A stretch of 64,000 nt of DNA from positions 58,158,001 to 58,222,000 of the forward strand of contig NC_045696.1 in NCBI RefSeq assembly GCF_009834535.1, in the 5' to 3' direction. Below the pieces are notes generated by a model. It saw only the letters and a list, made by a program, of their open reading frames with translations, was not told where the DNA came from and ran no database searches. Shown here piece after piece: positions 52,917 to 63,202 of this stretch. The stretch's first letter is position 1; the number at the start of each line of letters is the position of its first letter. This DNA comes from Camelus ferus. Lineage: Eukaryota. The position numbers and the translations under genes are program-made.

Positions 52917-53478
52917 TGAAACTGAGTAGGACCTTGTGGGGCCTTCCTGGGCACAAAAGCCTGTCCGTGTCCACCTTTTCTTATTTGCAGGATAAAGGCC
53001 TCCTAGACGTTCCTCAGTTCCAAGGAGGAGATTTAAACAGTTGCTAATTAGGAAAGGGAGGGGATGCAGAAACAAAAGGGGGAGCAGTCAGGAAACAATA
53101 ATGCAGCCATGAGGCAAGGTCCTGGTTCCTCCTGAAGGAACACATATAACAGTATCTTTGAGTGCTTCTGTAGGAACTAAGGCCCCCACCCAGGTGAAGG
53201 ATGACAACTTCAGGCTGAGCACAAGATTCCTGGAACACAGCCTGTTACCTCACCACTGACCAATCAGAAGAAAGTCACCCTGCAGCCCTCACCCCAAATT
53301 TTGCCCATTAAAAACTTCAACCCAGAAACCATCAAGGAGTACAGGGGCTTCTTTTTTTAGCACAATCTACCCATTCTCCTTGCTTGGACCTGCAGTAAAC
53401 CTGTCTCTACTCCAAACTCTGACGTTTGGGTTGTTTGGTCTCACTGTGCATTGGGGAACAAATTTGCATTCGGTAACT
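52917..53478 (+). repeat. 5' LTR of the provirus
   Basis: Starts TGAAACTGAG, ends ...cggtaact next to the PBS; co-linear with 58569-59129. Confidence 0.9.
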
Positions 53479-53482
53479 ATTT

Positions 53483-53500
53483 TGGTGAGCCAGCCCAGAG
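53483..53500 (+). promoter_or_regulatory. Primer-binding site, tRNA-Arg(ACG)-like
   Basis: TGGTGAGCCAGCCCAGAG matches TGGCGAGCCAGCCAGGAG (recalled complement of the tRNA-Arg ACG 3' end) at 15/18, immediately after the LTR. Confidence 0.75.
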
Positions 53501-53877
53501 TCTGAGCTCATGACAGGTCGACCCTGCTTGAGTCCCCAGCAGCAGCTAGAGTTCATTTTGCTCCAGGGAACTCGGCAGGACTCTCCTTGACAGGCATCTG
53601 CTGCCCCAGCACAAGGTTGTTTGGAGCCAAGAAACACCCGGAGGTATGGTCCACATTTGGTATCACTTGGTGATAAGTCATTCCAGCTTGTGCAGGCTGC
53701 GAATATCTCTCCACTCCATTCAGACTCATTCCCTTTTGGGAAGTGAGCCACTCTGAGTCTGTTCTCTTTTGAAAGCTGGGCCAGTCTGTTTGGAGGCCTC
53801 TGTCTGGGAGTGGGAGTGGAATTTTTAAACTACACCTCCTCTGATTTTCTGTCTGTGTGACTGTACCCTATTTGTTG

Positions 53878-53880
<3 letters not shown>

Positions 53881-53926
<46 letters not shown>
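53881..53926. repeat. (TG)23 microsatellite in the ERV leader
   Basis: Directly visible. Confidence 0.95.
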
Positions 53927-53929
<3 letters not shown>

Positions 53930-54111
53930 CATTTTGGGGTGAGCCATTCTGGCTTGTGCAAGATGGGAAGATTCTACCCACTCCATCTGGGCTCACTTCT
54001 CTTTCAGGGAGTGAGCCATTCTAGGCTCATTGCAAGCCACTTTAGGTCCATTCCCCTTTGGAGAGGGGCCAGTCGCATTTGGAGGCCTCTGTCTGGGAGT
54101 AGGAATAGAAT

Positions 54112-54752
54112 TGAGACAAGAGGGAAGAGGGCAGGACACAACCATTAAAAGAATGACACAGCAATTGAGGATAGCACATAAACTGATTAGAACCCACTAA
54201 GCTCAAGATGGCAGAAGGATTGACTTCCAGTAGACCTTGAGCCTCATTATAGGCTCACTATAATACATCAGCATGCTAAATGACATATCCATAGGCGCCA
54301 AGACAGTTCCAAGGCTGACCATAAAAGGCCAAAAACTGGGTGGTAGCCCAATTCCAGAAAATCCCCACCCCTTTCCCAAAATAGTTGGAATAATCCTCCC
54401 ACTCGTTAGTGTATGAAATTACCAAGCCCATAAAAACTAACAGCTCAAACCCTGCATCCTCTCACCTTTTGAGATGGCCCTCATTCTGCCTATGGAATGT
54501 GTATCTCCTAAGCCAATCTCACCTTTCAAGACGAGCCCATGCTCTAGGGCTGCCTCTCACCTTCTGAGATGGCTTGCACTCTGTCTATGGAGTGTGCATC
54601 TCCCTGAATAAATCTACTTTCACTTTACTATGGCTCACTCTTGAATTCTTTCCTGCACAAAGCCAAGGACCCTCACTTGACAGAGTGCATCCCAGGGACT
54701 CACCCAAGACCTGAGACACAAACATCCTCTCTCATTCCATTTTCTTGCAACA
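54112..54752 (+). mobile_element. Solo ERV1 LTR (family B, copy 1) nested in the provirus leader
   Basis: TGAGAC...GCAACA termini, internal AATAAA, perfect TSD GAAT (54108-54111 / 54753-54756). Confidence 0.88.
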
Positions 54753-54929
54753 GAATTGCTGGGCTATCCCCATCTGATCTTCTGTCTGTGTGACCATGTT
54801 TGTAGTCTGTACTTGTGTGTGTAAATATTTGCATTTTTGGCATAATGGAAAATTCATATTCCATCCCTGAGAATTGCCCTCTTCACCCATGGAAGCAGCT
54901 TCACGGATCAGGGTAAGCATCACCCACCA

Positions 54930-56491
54930 AGAAGCTGTGGAGGCAAACGCATTGCATGCCAGAACATCAGCCCAGAAGGCCAACATCCTTGCCCTTACCA
55001 AAGCCCTGAAGCTCCGAAGGGATAAGCAAGTCAACATCCGTTTAGACTTCAGGTATGCTTTTTCTGTGGTTCATGCTCACGGAGCTATTTGGAAAGAAAG
55101 GGGAGTGCAGGAGAGAAGGACATTAAACATGCTTCTAAAATCCTGAGTCTGTTGGAAGCAGTAAATGAACCAATAGAAGTGGCAAAAATACACTGCCCAG
55201 GGCACCAATGGAGCCAAGCCTCAACTGCAAGAGTCAATCAGCTAGCAGCCAGATCAAATTGAGAGTTTTGAGGTGCTGTTAGCTCCTTTGTTCCCCCAAA
55301 TTAATTTGCCCAGCTATTGGCCACAGCACTCTGAACAGGACTTAAAAGAACAAAGGAATGGGGATTTGACTCTGCCTGGCATGAACACTGGGATGGAAAT
55401 GTTATGCTGAAGGGGTCATTTTAGTGCCCCAGGCCATCCTTGAAGACGTTCTCAAACACATACATGAGACTACCCATTATGGACGGATGCCACACTTCAA
55501 TGGGTGCAAAAATATCTGATTGGGCCAAAATTGTAGCAAGTCATTCAGAAAATAGCTCGAAAGTGCTTGATCTACATTAAGAACAATCCCAAGACTGGTC
55601 AACACCAACCCCCCCGCCAAGGTCAGGGTACAACACCTAGGAAATGGGCCTTGTGAGGACTGCCACACAGATTTCACTGAGATGCCCAGAGCCCTGGTCA
55701 CCACTGACAGTCTGTGAGTATTCGTGGGTACCTTCACTGGGTTGGTAGAGGTATATCCCTCCCAAACAGACAAGCCTTCAGAGGTCATAGTGGCTCTTCT
55801 GAAATAAATAATTCCCAAATATGGATTACATTTGACCCTTCCAAGTGACGACGGGGCTTGGTTCATATCCACAGTAACTCAAGAGGTCTCTTAGGCCCTA
55901 GGCATCCAATGGAAACTTCACACATTTGGAGACCCCACTCTACAGGAAAGACTGAAAAGATGAATCATACCCTTAAGAAGTCAATTGCCAAAATTTGTCA
56001 AGACACTAGTCTAACTTGCGAGCTACCTGTTGCCCTGTTGAGAATTCAGGTTATCTCCCCAAGCAGGCTCTAGTTGAGCCCCTCTGGAATCTTACATAGG
56101 TCATTTCAGGTTTCCTCAGGAGGGGTCAATCACACCTTGTTAAGAGAAATTGCATTGCCAATTATGTAAAAGTTCTGGGAAAAATGTCAACCTCTGTTCA
56201 TGAGTTTGCTTCCAGTCAGTTACAGGACCCCACCGATGACGTGACCCTACACCTGTTTAAGCCCAGTGATCAGGTAGGTCCTCCTTAAGTTGTGGAAAGA
56301 GAAAGGACCCTGAAGATCAGCTCGGAGCTCGGTGGACTGGCCCTCCTCACTGCCCACTCTCAGTCAGGCTCACCAGAATGAAGCCTTGGATTCCCTACAG
56401 AAACTGGATGAGACAGGGAAAACCAGCTTGGCCTTGTGAGCCATTAGAAGAACTTTGGCTGCTGTTTTGAGCCAAGCCTCCAACCAGATAA
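54930..56491 (+). pseudogene. Decayed ERV pol 3' half: RNase H + integrase
   Basis: TSAQKANILALTKALKL...VNIRLDFRYAFSVVHAHGAIWKERG (RNase H); HETTHYG, DFTEMP, SDDG and WRPHSTGKTEKMNHTLK (integrase); C-terminal CEPLEELWLLF. Multiple stops and frameshifts. Confidence 0.9.
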
Positions 56492-56494
56492 GTA

Positions 56495-58270
56495 ATGATG
56501 AATTTTGTCCTCCTCCTTTGCTTTACCATGAGACAGGCAGGACACAACCACTAAATAGAAAGGACAAATGAATAAGGGGCACAGCTGTTAGGATGTGATA
56601 AAAACCAGCTGGAACCAAGGTGGCTTCCAGAACAGTCCAGTCATTGACCTTTAGCTCATTATATCTTCGTTGTCATACTAAAAGTCACTCCCCCTTACGC
56701 CATGACAGTTCCAGGGTGGGCCATAAAAGACTAAAAAGCAGGCAATGGCTCAATTTCTGGGAAATCCTGACCCTTCCCCAAAATAGCAAGAATATTCCCT
56801 CCCACTCATTAGCATATGGAATTACTCAGCCCCCAAAAACCAACAACCCCATGCCCTGGAGCTGCTCTCACTTTCTGAGCCTCAATGCATTCTGCCTATG
56901 GAGTGTGTTTCTTTCTGAATAAACTCACTTTGTTTCTTTAGCTCACTCTTGAATTCTTTTCTAAACGAAGCCAAGAATTCTCAGTTGGTGGTCTGCCGCA
57001 GGGACTCATGTGTATCCCAGGACATGAAATTTCCCTCTCCTGCAACAGCCACACTGGTGTCAGCCACTTTCTGGGAAGGAAACACTCTAATCAAACTATC
57101 TCAAAGTGTGGCCAGAGGGGAAAACTTACCCAATTGTTCCCAAAACCTTTCAATATCTCCCTCTCAGTGGTTCCAACAGTGGATTTTAACACAGTGCTAG
57201 AACCCAAGACTTCACGATTTTGGTCCCCCAAATCTCACCTTTCAGGTTCATTTGGCCAGGAGAATCTCAAGATAACCGAGCCCCTGCCTTAATTTATCTG
57301 AAATGATCTCCACTTGTGGGACAACGGTCTATCAGTCTCTCTTGGATCTCTTGTAGTTCTCACTAAGAAATGCGCTGCCCAGAATCCCACAGAATGTACA
57401 CTTGATAAATGTTCAGAGTCACAATGACACCAGACGGCACTAAAAGGTTAAACAGGTCAGACACATGTTAATGGGCTATAGAAAGCCTGCAATGAATCCC
57501 ATTCCTGCCTGGAAAGGGTAGTCTCTGCACTCCTGAAAAAAGGAGACATTAACAACACCACCTTAGGAGGAATAACTTGTGCTCCCTCCGGTTGTATCTT
57601 GGTGGTATAGGAAGTGACCCACCGACACCAGGATGGGCACACCGAAGCCTAGATAGCTGCCAACTTGAAGGATCCTGACTCCTGGGACATTTTATAACCC
57701 CTCTTTCTGTACACAGCTCACAAAATCTTACCTCTCTCCTTAAGAATTATGTACGTTTTAAAAGAGAAATGTTGGCAGGATACGAGGACAGCATAGGACA
57801 AAGTAGTCTTGGTATCCACATCCCAAGTGCAAGCGTTTATGTCAACAGCGATGTGATATGTAATCTGTCTGCTACTATTGGACAGATCACTGAGGACACT
57901 GCAAAAACCATCACAGCCCGGCAGACATCTCTAGATTCATTGGCTCGGGTGTTCTTGATAGCAGAGTTGCCCTAGGTTTTCTCTTGGCCAAACAAGTGGC
58001 TAACAACACATGCTGCACATACAGAAATACCGCAGAAGTTGAAACTCGAATAAGTAGAATAATCCCAAGGGTCATTTGGTCACAGGATGTACAACAAGAT
58101 CTGTTCTCATGGTTGCCGTCCAGGGTGGGGGCCCTTTTCTGGGGGATTCTATAAGGATGCGTTTTGACCCTCATCCTTATTGCAGTATGTCTACTAATTT
58201 TCAAGGGCTTCTCTAGGTGTTGTGACAGGGCCATCAAAAAAGGGAGTAATGTCCTCATATTGTACAGTTT
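56495..58270 (+). pseudogene. Decayed ERV env, interrupted by a solo LTR
   Basis: Signal peptide MMNFVLLLCFT|TLVSA, furin-like RFKR at 57754-57765, heptad/ISD-like QTSLDSLARV, NNTCC, and hydrophobic anchor GCVLTLILIAVCLLIF. Confidence 0.82.
56529..57047 (+). mobile_element. Solo ERV1 LTR (family B, copy 2) nested in env
   Basis: TGAGAC...GCAACA termini; shares blocks with 54112-54752 (ggcaggacacaacca, cccaaaatag, ctatggagtgtg, tgaataaa); TSD ACCA/GCCA. Confidence 0.85.
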
Positions 58271-58552
58271 GTGCCCAGCCAGGGGCTGGAGAATACTTCC
58301 AGTCCCAAGTTGATTAGTTCCATTCCATGGTCACCTCAGGTCATCATCAGTAGCCAGAGTAGTCATTGCCCCTTTCCCCACCAGACTATGGAATGAATAA
58401 TTGATAATGGAGAACCCAACAAAATAGCAACCAACCCTGAAAGGCTTGTTTCCTTTTCCTTCTCCTCCCTTAATTTCCCTTACTGGCCCTTAAGCATTCC
58501 TACCTACCCCAAGCTTATCATAATCTTTTTCAGCTTAAGACTGAGGAATGTC

Positions 58553-58568
58553 AAAGGAAAGAGGAAAA
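58553..58568 (+). promoter_or_regulatory. Polypurine tract
   Basis: aaaggaaagaggaaaa directly before the 3' LTR. Confidence 0.85.
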
Positions 58569-59129
58569 TGAAACTGAGCAGGACCCTATGGGGCCCTTCT
58601 GGGCACAGAAGCCTTTCTGTGTCCACCTTTTCTTATTTGCAGGATAAAGGCTTCAGCCTCCTACACCGTCCTCAGTTCCAAGAGGCAGATTCAAACAGTT
58701 GCTAATCAGGAAAGGGAGGGGATGCGGAAACAGGAGGAGCAATCAAGTAACAACAGTGCAGCCATGAGGCAAGGTCCTGGTTCCTCCTAAAGGAATATGT
58801 ATAACAGTGTCTTTGAGTGCTTCAGCAGGAACCAAGACCTCCACCCAGGTGAAGGATGGCAACTTCAGGCTGAGCACAAGATTCCTGGAACACCGCCTGT
58901 TACCTCACCATCAACCAATTGGAAGAAAGTCACACACCCTGCAGCCCTAACCCCAAATTTTGCCTTTAAAAACTTCTCCCCGAAAACCATCAGTGAGTTT
59001 GGGTTTTTTTGAGCACGAGCCAGGTGTTCTTGCTTGGCCCTGCAGTAAACTTTTCTCTGCTCCAAACTTCAACCTTTCGGTTTGTTTGGCTTCATTTTAC
59101 ATGGGCACGTGAACTTGCATGCAGTACCA
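58569..59129 (+). repeat. 3' LTR of the provirus
   Basis: TGAAACTGAG...gcagtacCA, homologous to 52917-53478. Confidence 0.9.
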
Positions 59130-59700
59130 CCCCTGCAACTCTCAGACCCCACACATTAGTGGACGCCCCCTGGCAACTTTCCATTCCACGTCCTTCTTCC
59201 CCGACAACTCAGCGCTCACAGGAGTTTCCTGGGTCCCCTGGCTGCTCGGCCAATTATTGGGCTGCACCTGAGGCCTACAAGCCCTGTACTTGCCCAGCTT
59301 CAAGGTGGAAGAAGGAGCCCAGTGTTGGCAAAACCACACCAGTGGTTTAATGGTTGGGGAAACCTTACATGTCTGAAGCAAGGTCCTGGAGAAACACCCC
59401 ATGTATGCAGCCGACATGTGGGCAGGACATGGCGGTAGGCTTCGCTCTCACAGGAGCTGGAGGGGGAGGTTACCACTTATAGGGGAGATTGATATCAGGT
59501 TGGCTCATTGGTTACCAGGGAAACCAGTAGAGGAGCCCGCCCTTCACTGCCCCTTTGATGAACTACGCTGGTGGATTAGAACAACCACTAGCTGGGGGCA
59601 AGTATGTATAAAGGTCAGTTATGTGAGTAGGGTGTAGATGAAGCTGGGGCTGGTTGACCAGATGATCTACAGAGAGCAAGAGAACAGCCATCTTGGGTGA
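59130..59700 (-). mobile_element. Older antisense ERV1: 5' LTR (~59255-59700), PBS (~59235-59252) and start of leader
   Basis: On the minus strand, in order: CCAAT (59507-59511), TATAA (59477-59481), ATTAAA (59346-59351), end ...gcccaata, then TGGCCGAGCAGCCAGG (degenerate Arg-type PBS). Confidence 0.65.
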
Positions 59701-59950
59701 AGGGATGAAGGCAAGGATGGAAATTCTCAAGTTCAGATAAATGGAGATGAAAAGGACCTATATGGGAGACTTTATTTTTTTTTCACCAGTGGTGTCTTAC
59801 AGAGCTGTTTCATGTGTAACTTACTGGACTAGTATCATTTGTTCCCCGAAGGAAGTTAGGGCATATTTTGGAATTTTGCCAACAAAGTAGTTTTTGTGAA
59901 GCTCAAGACCATACTTTCCATATGTGGATAAAAAAATATCCCCTGCCATA

Positions 59951-60365
59951 TCGGTAACCAAAGATGTGTGGCCATCAAGCCAGCAGTTACTGCAGCCACA
60001 CCCGTCTCTGCACCTTAAAGGGATTCTGGATCTAGGAAAACAGGATACTGGCCCTAGATCACTAAGGTGCCTATCAAAGGAATAATTTCAATGAGCCCAG
60101 ACTCTTGCATTTTCTCATACATAGAAGAGCACCGAATTCATTAACCTGAGATGCCTTGTTTTCTTTAATTAACAGCAGTCTTTTGATATTCCAACTACCT
60201 GGTTTTTGTTGCAAAACGTCTATATAGCCTGGCTCCTCCCTTACTGCTTTGGAGCAGTCCTTCAGAGCGATCTGAGAGGCTGTCTTCTGGGCTTAAGTCC
60301 TCAGAAATTCCGCGGAATAAAACATAATGCTCAACTTTCAGGTTGTGCATTTTTTTCAGTCGACA
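59951..60365 (+). mobile_element. Solo ERV1 LTR (MER34/MER4-group-like)
   Basis: TATA-like ctatatag, AATAAA, end ...ttttcagtcgaCA; TSD CATA (59947-59950 / 60366-60369). Confidence 0.75.
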
Positions 60366-60429
60366 CATATTTTCTTTGACATCCCAGTGACTCATTGCAG
60401 AAACAAACCTAACCTCCGTGCTTAGCTCA

Positions 60430-60612
60430 GTAACAATGGTAACAACTTTGGGTTCGTGCTATGTGTCTGATACTGTTATAAGCACTTTCCATGCTTCAGC
60501 CCTCACAGTAAACCCAGAGTAGGTTCTATTATTAGCTGCATTTTGCATAAGAAGAACAAATTGCCCAAGGTCAAATAGGTAGTGAGCCAGGAGCTGTATC
60601 TGAGCCCCGGCT
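60430..60612 (-). mobile_element. MIR SINE
   Basis: tgctatgtgtctgatactg...aagcactttccatgc...ttgcccaaggtcaaataggtagtgag. Confidence 0.6.
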
Positions 60613-60687
60613 GTGGCTGGGAGATGGGGGGAAGCGGGAAGAGGTGGGCTCCCACCAGGAGGCAGTAGATCCTGGGTAAGGCTCTAC

Positions 60688-60690
<3 letters not shown>

Positions 60691-60724
<34 letters not shown>

Positions 60725-60726
60725 AC

Positions 60727-60775
<49 letters not shown>
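60691..60775. repeat. Interrupted microsatellite (CA)16-GGACGGA-(CA)23
   Basis: Directly visible. Confidence 0.95.
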
Positions 60776-60777
<2 letters not shown>

Positions 60778-60946
60778 AGTTTTCCCCAGAGCAGTGTATT
60801 TGCATTGCCAGCCTTTGTACAAGGCCCTGTTCCAGAATCAATTTACTCTTCACAACAGTCCTGCAAGGTAAGTGTCACTGCTCCCACCTCACATCCCACA
60901 CAGCTGGTAAATGGTGGGTCTAGAATTCAAAATTCCAGGGTCATCC

Positions 60947-61414
60947 TGAGATAAGTTGGGACCTGGGACCACTTACCTGAGTGCTTGCACCTGGACAAAC
61001 ATCTCCTTGAGCAACAAAATGCAAAGAAATTAATGGGACTAAAAATAACTGCATCCACCTGCAGTCCGGGCAATTATGAACAATAAGATACAAACAGGCC
61101 AAAGCCCAACTGCCATTTCTGAGGGGTAGGGAGCAAAAACAGGGTACCCTGTGCATGATCCCAGCACACAGCACCACCAGGAGGATGGGTAGACCACTGA
61201 AGCTACGCCTTCTGCCCGACCCACAGACCCACCCCTGTTCTTCCCCACTTTAAGGACGCAAGCAGCTCCTCTCCCAGAGTGAGTGAGGGCACCTGTTACT
61301 TGTTTTCACTGCCTCCTGCTGCAGCACGAGCCTCAGTAAAGCCTTGCTAGGATTCTCATCTGGCCTCTTAACAATTTCTATTGATTAAAGAGTCCAAGGT
61401 CCTAGTTAGTAACA
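60947..61414 (+). mobile_element. Solo ERV1 LTR
   Basis: TGAGATAAG...caatttctattgattaaagagtccaagg...gtaaCA; AGTAAA signal; TSD ATCC/ATTC. Confidence 0.78.
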
Positions 61415-61722
61415 ATTCCTCTGTATCAGGGGCCTTCAGACCATGGCATGTGAGGGCAAGAGGTTCACAGCAGGATAGATTTAAGGGAACTGAGTACTGC
61501 CTTTCCTGGAACTCCCTGAGACAGCTCCTGCTGACTTGAAGTCACAGCTGGGTTCTGCTTCCCCACCTCCCCTCTCAGATTTGTCCTTTTCCAACCTTAT
61601 AAATGAAAGGTATCTCTCTCACACTTAGCAATACTACTATGGAGGTCCTGGGATGTAAAAGCCTCCCCACTGCCAAAAAAGGAGGTGGGGGAGGAGGAAG
61701 GACAATTAAAAATACATGTGTC

Positions 61723-61729
61723 ATATGTA

Positions 61730-61765
<36 letters not shown>

Positions 61766-62552
61766 GTGTGTAATGGAATATCACTCAGCCATTAAAAATA
61801 ATGAAATCATACCATTTGGGACAATATGGATGGACCCCGAGGGTTTTATACTAAGTAGACAGATCAAAGAAAGACAAAGACTGTGATTTCATTTATATGC
61901 GGAATCTAAGAAACAAAACAAATGAATAAACGTAGCCAAACAGAGTCCTAGATATAAAGAACAAAAATGTGGTTGCCAGAGAGAAGGAGAGAAATAGATG
62001 AGGGAGATTAAGAGGTACAAACTTCTAGTTAAAAAGTAAATGAGTCACGGGTATGAAGTGTACAGGGGTAGGGAATACATACTCAATAGCTATGTAATAT
62101 CTTTGTGTGGTGACAGATAGTAACTAGACTTACCAGGGTGATCACTTTGTAACATGCTGAAACATAGAATTGCTATCATGTGCATCAGGAACAACATAGT
62201 GTTGAAGATCCATTATACTTCAAAAGTGAAAAAACTCATAGAAAAAGAGATTAGATTTGTGAGGCAGGGGGGAGGGGGAATTGGATGAAGGTAGTCAAAA
62301 GATACAAACTTCCAATTATAAGATATGTAAGTACCAGGGATGCAATATACAACATGATAAATATAATGAACATTGCTGTATGTTACATGTGAAAGTTGTT
62401 GAGAGTAAATCCTAAGTTCTCATCATAAGAAAAAAAATTTTCTACTTCTTTAATGTCTCTATATGAGATGATGGATGTTCACTAACCTTATTGTGGTGAC
62501 TATTGCATGATGTATATGCTATAAGTCAATCATATCTCAATAAAAATGGAAG
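61723..62552 (+). mobile_element. 5'-truncated L1 with two successive 3'-UTR-like ends
   Basis: atggaatatcactcagccattaaaaataatgaaatc... The first end finishes ttatacttcaaaa (~62225), the second tatctcaataaaaa (~62546). Degenerate TSD 13/15 at 61708-61722 and 62553-62567. Confidence 0.8.
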
Positions 62553-63202
62553 AAAAGTATATGTGTCCACAATACCTCCTGTAACAGGTTACCATGAACT
62601 CAGGGTAGCACTTCACATCTCTCCCTTTTTTACATGTATTTCTGCTACAGACAATGTAGCATTCTAAGTGGGGTGCTTGGACTCAAGTTGAGGTGCTCAG
62701 AATTCAGATGTAGTGCAGAGCAGGGGAGCAGGAAGGATGATAATTGTGGTTTCAGAACCTCGCCTTTTCCATTCCCTAACTACCATCAGAGATCACCGAA
62801 GTCCTGAGGGAGAGTTCCAAGAAAGCAAAGCAAGTTGAACAGCAGTGAGAAACGTCAGAGGTGGCAGGACCTTGTTTCTCCCACATGACGCGTGCACAGC
62901 AAGGCTGCAGCCTTATCTAACTGTATCTGTCTTAGAATGTTCCAGCTTGCAGTAGAGCACGCTGCTTTGGAAGCTCATCCTCTCTGCCTCTTCTGCACTC
63001 TCAGCTGGAGGAAGAGCTTTGAGAATGTTTTTTTCCACCCAGCCCTCCGCGTGGGCCCCAGGGGCAAACTTGAGAACATTTCAAAAAGGAGAAGGAAGAG
63101 ATTTCCCAATGCACCTCAGACAGGTGAATAGTGCACTTCAAGTAAAGGAAACATTGTAAGAGCTAAGTTAGTATTTTATATTTTCTCAGACATTTATTCT
63201 CA

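Larger units (their letters stand above)
52917..59129 (+). mobile_element. Two-LTR ERV1 (gamma-like) provirus, defective, no visible gag/PR/RT
   Basis: Paired ~560-bp LTRs, PBS, PPT, 4-bp TSD CCCC (52913-52916 / 59130-59133), decayed RNaseH-IN-env. Confidence 0.92.

Noticed and set aside
57769..57975. env ORF as a possible domesticated (syncytin-like) gene
   Set aside because: Only 68 codons are open; the ISD region is frameshifted, there is a stop just before the anchor, and the signal peptide is split by an LTR.
60503..60954. ORFs with CVCVCV / HTHTHT runs (also 53882 and 61575)
   Set aside because: Translations of (CA)n/(TG)n microsatellites.
62570..63200. Possible 3' end of the next gene (SEMA5B follows on the opposite strand in human, from memory)
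   Set aside because: No semaphorin coding sequence or clear minus-strand terminal exon is visible in the window.
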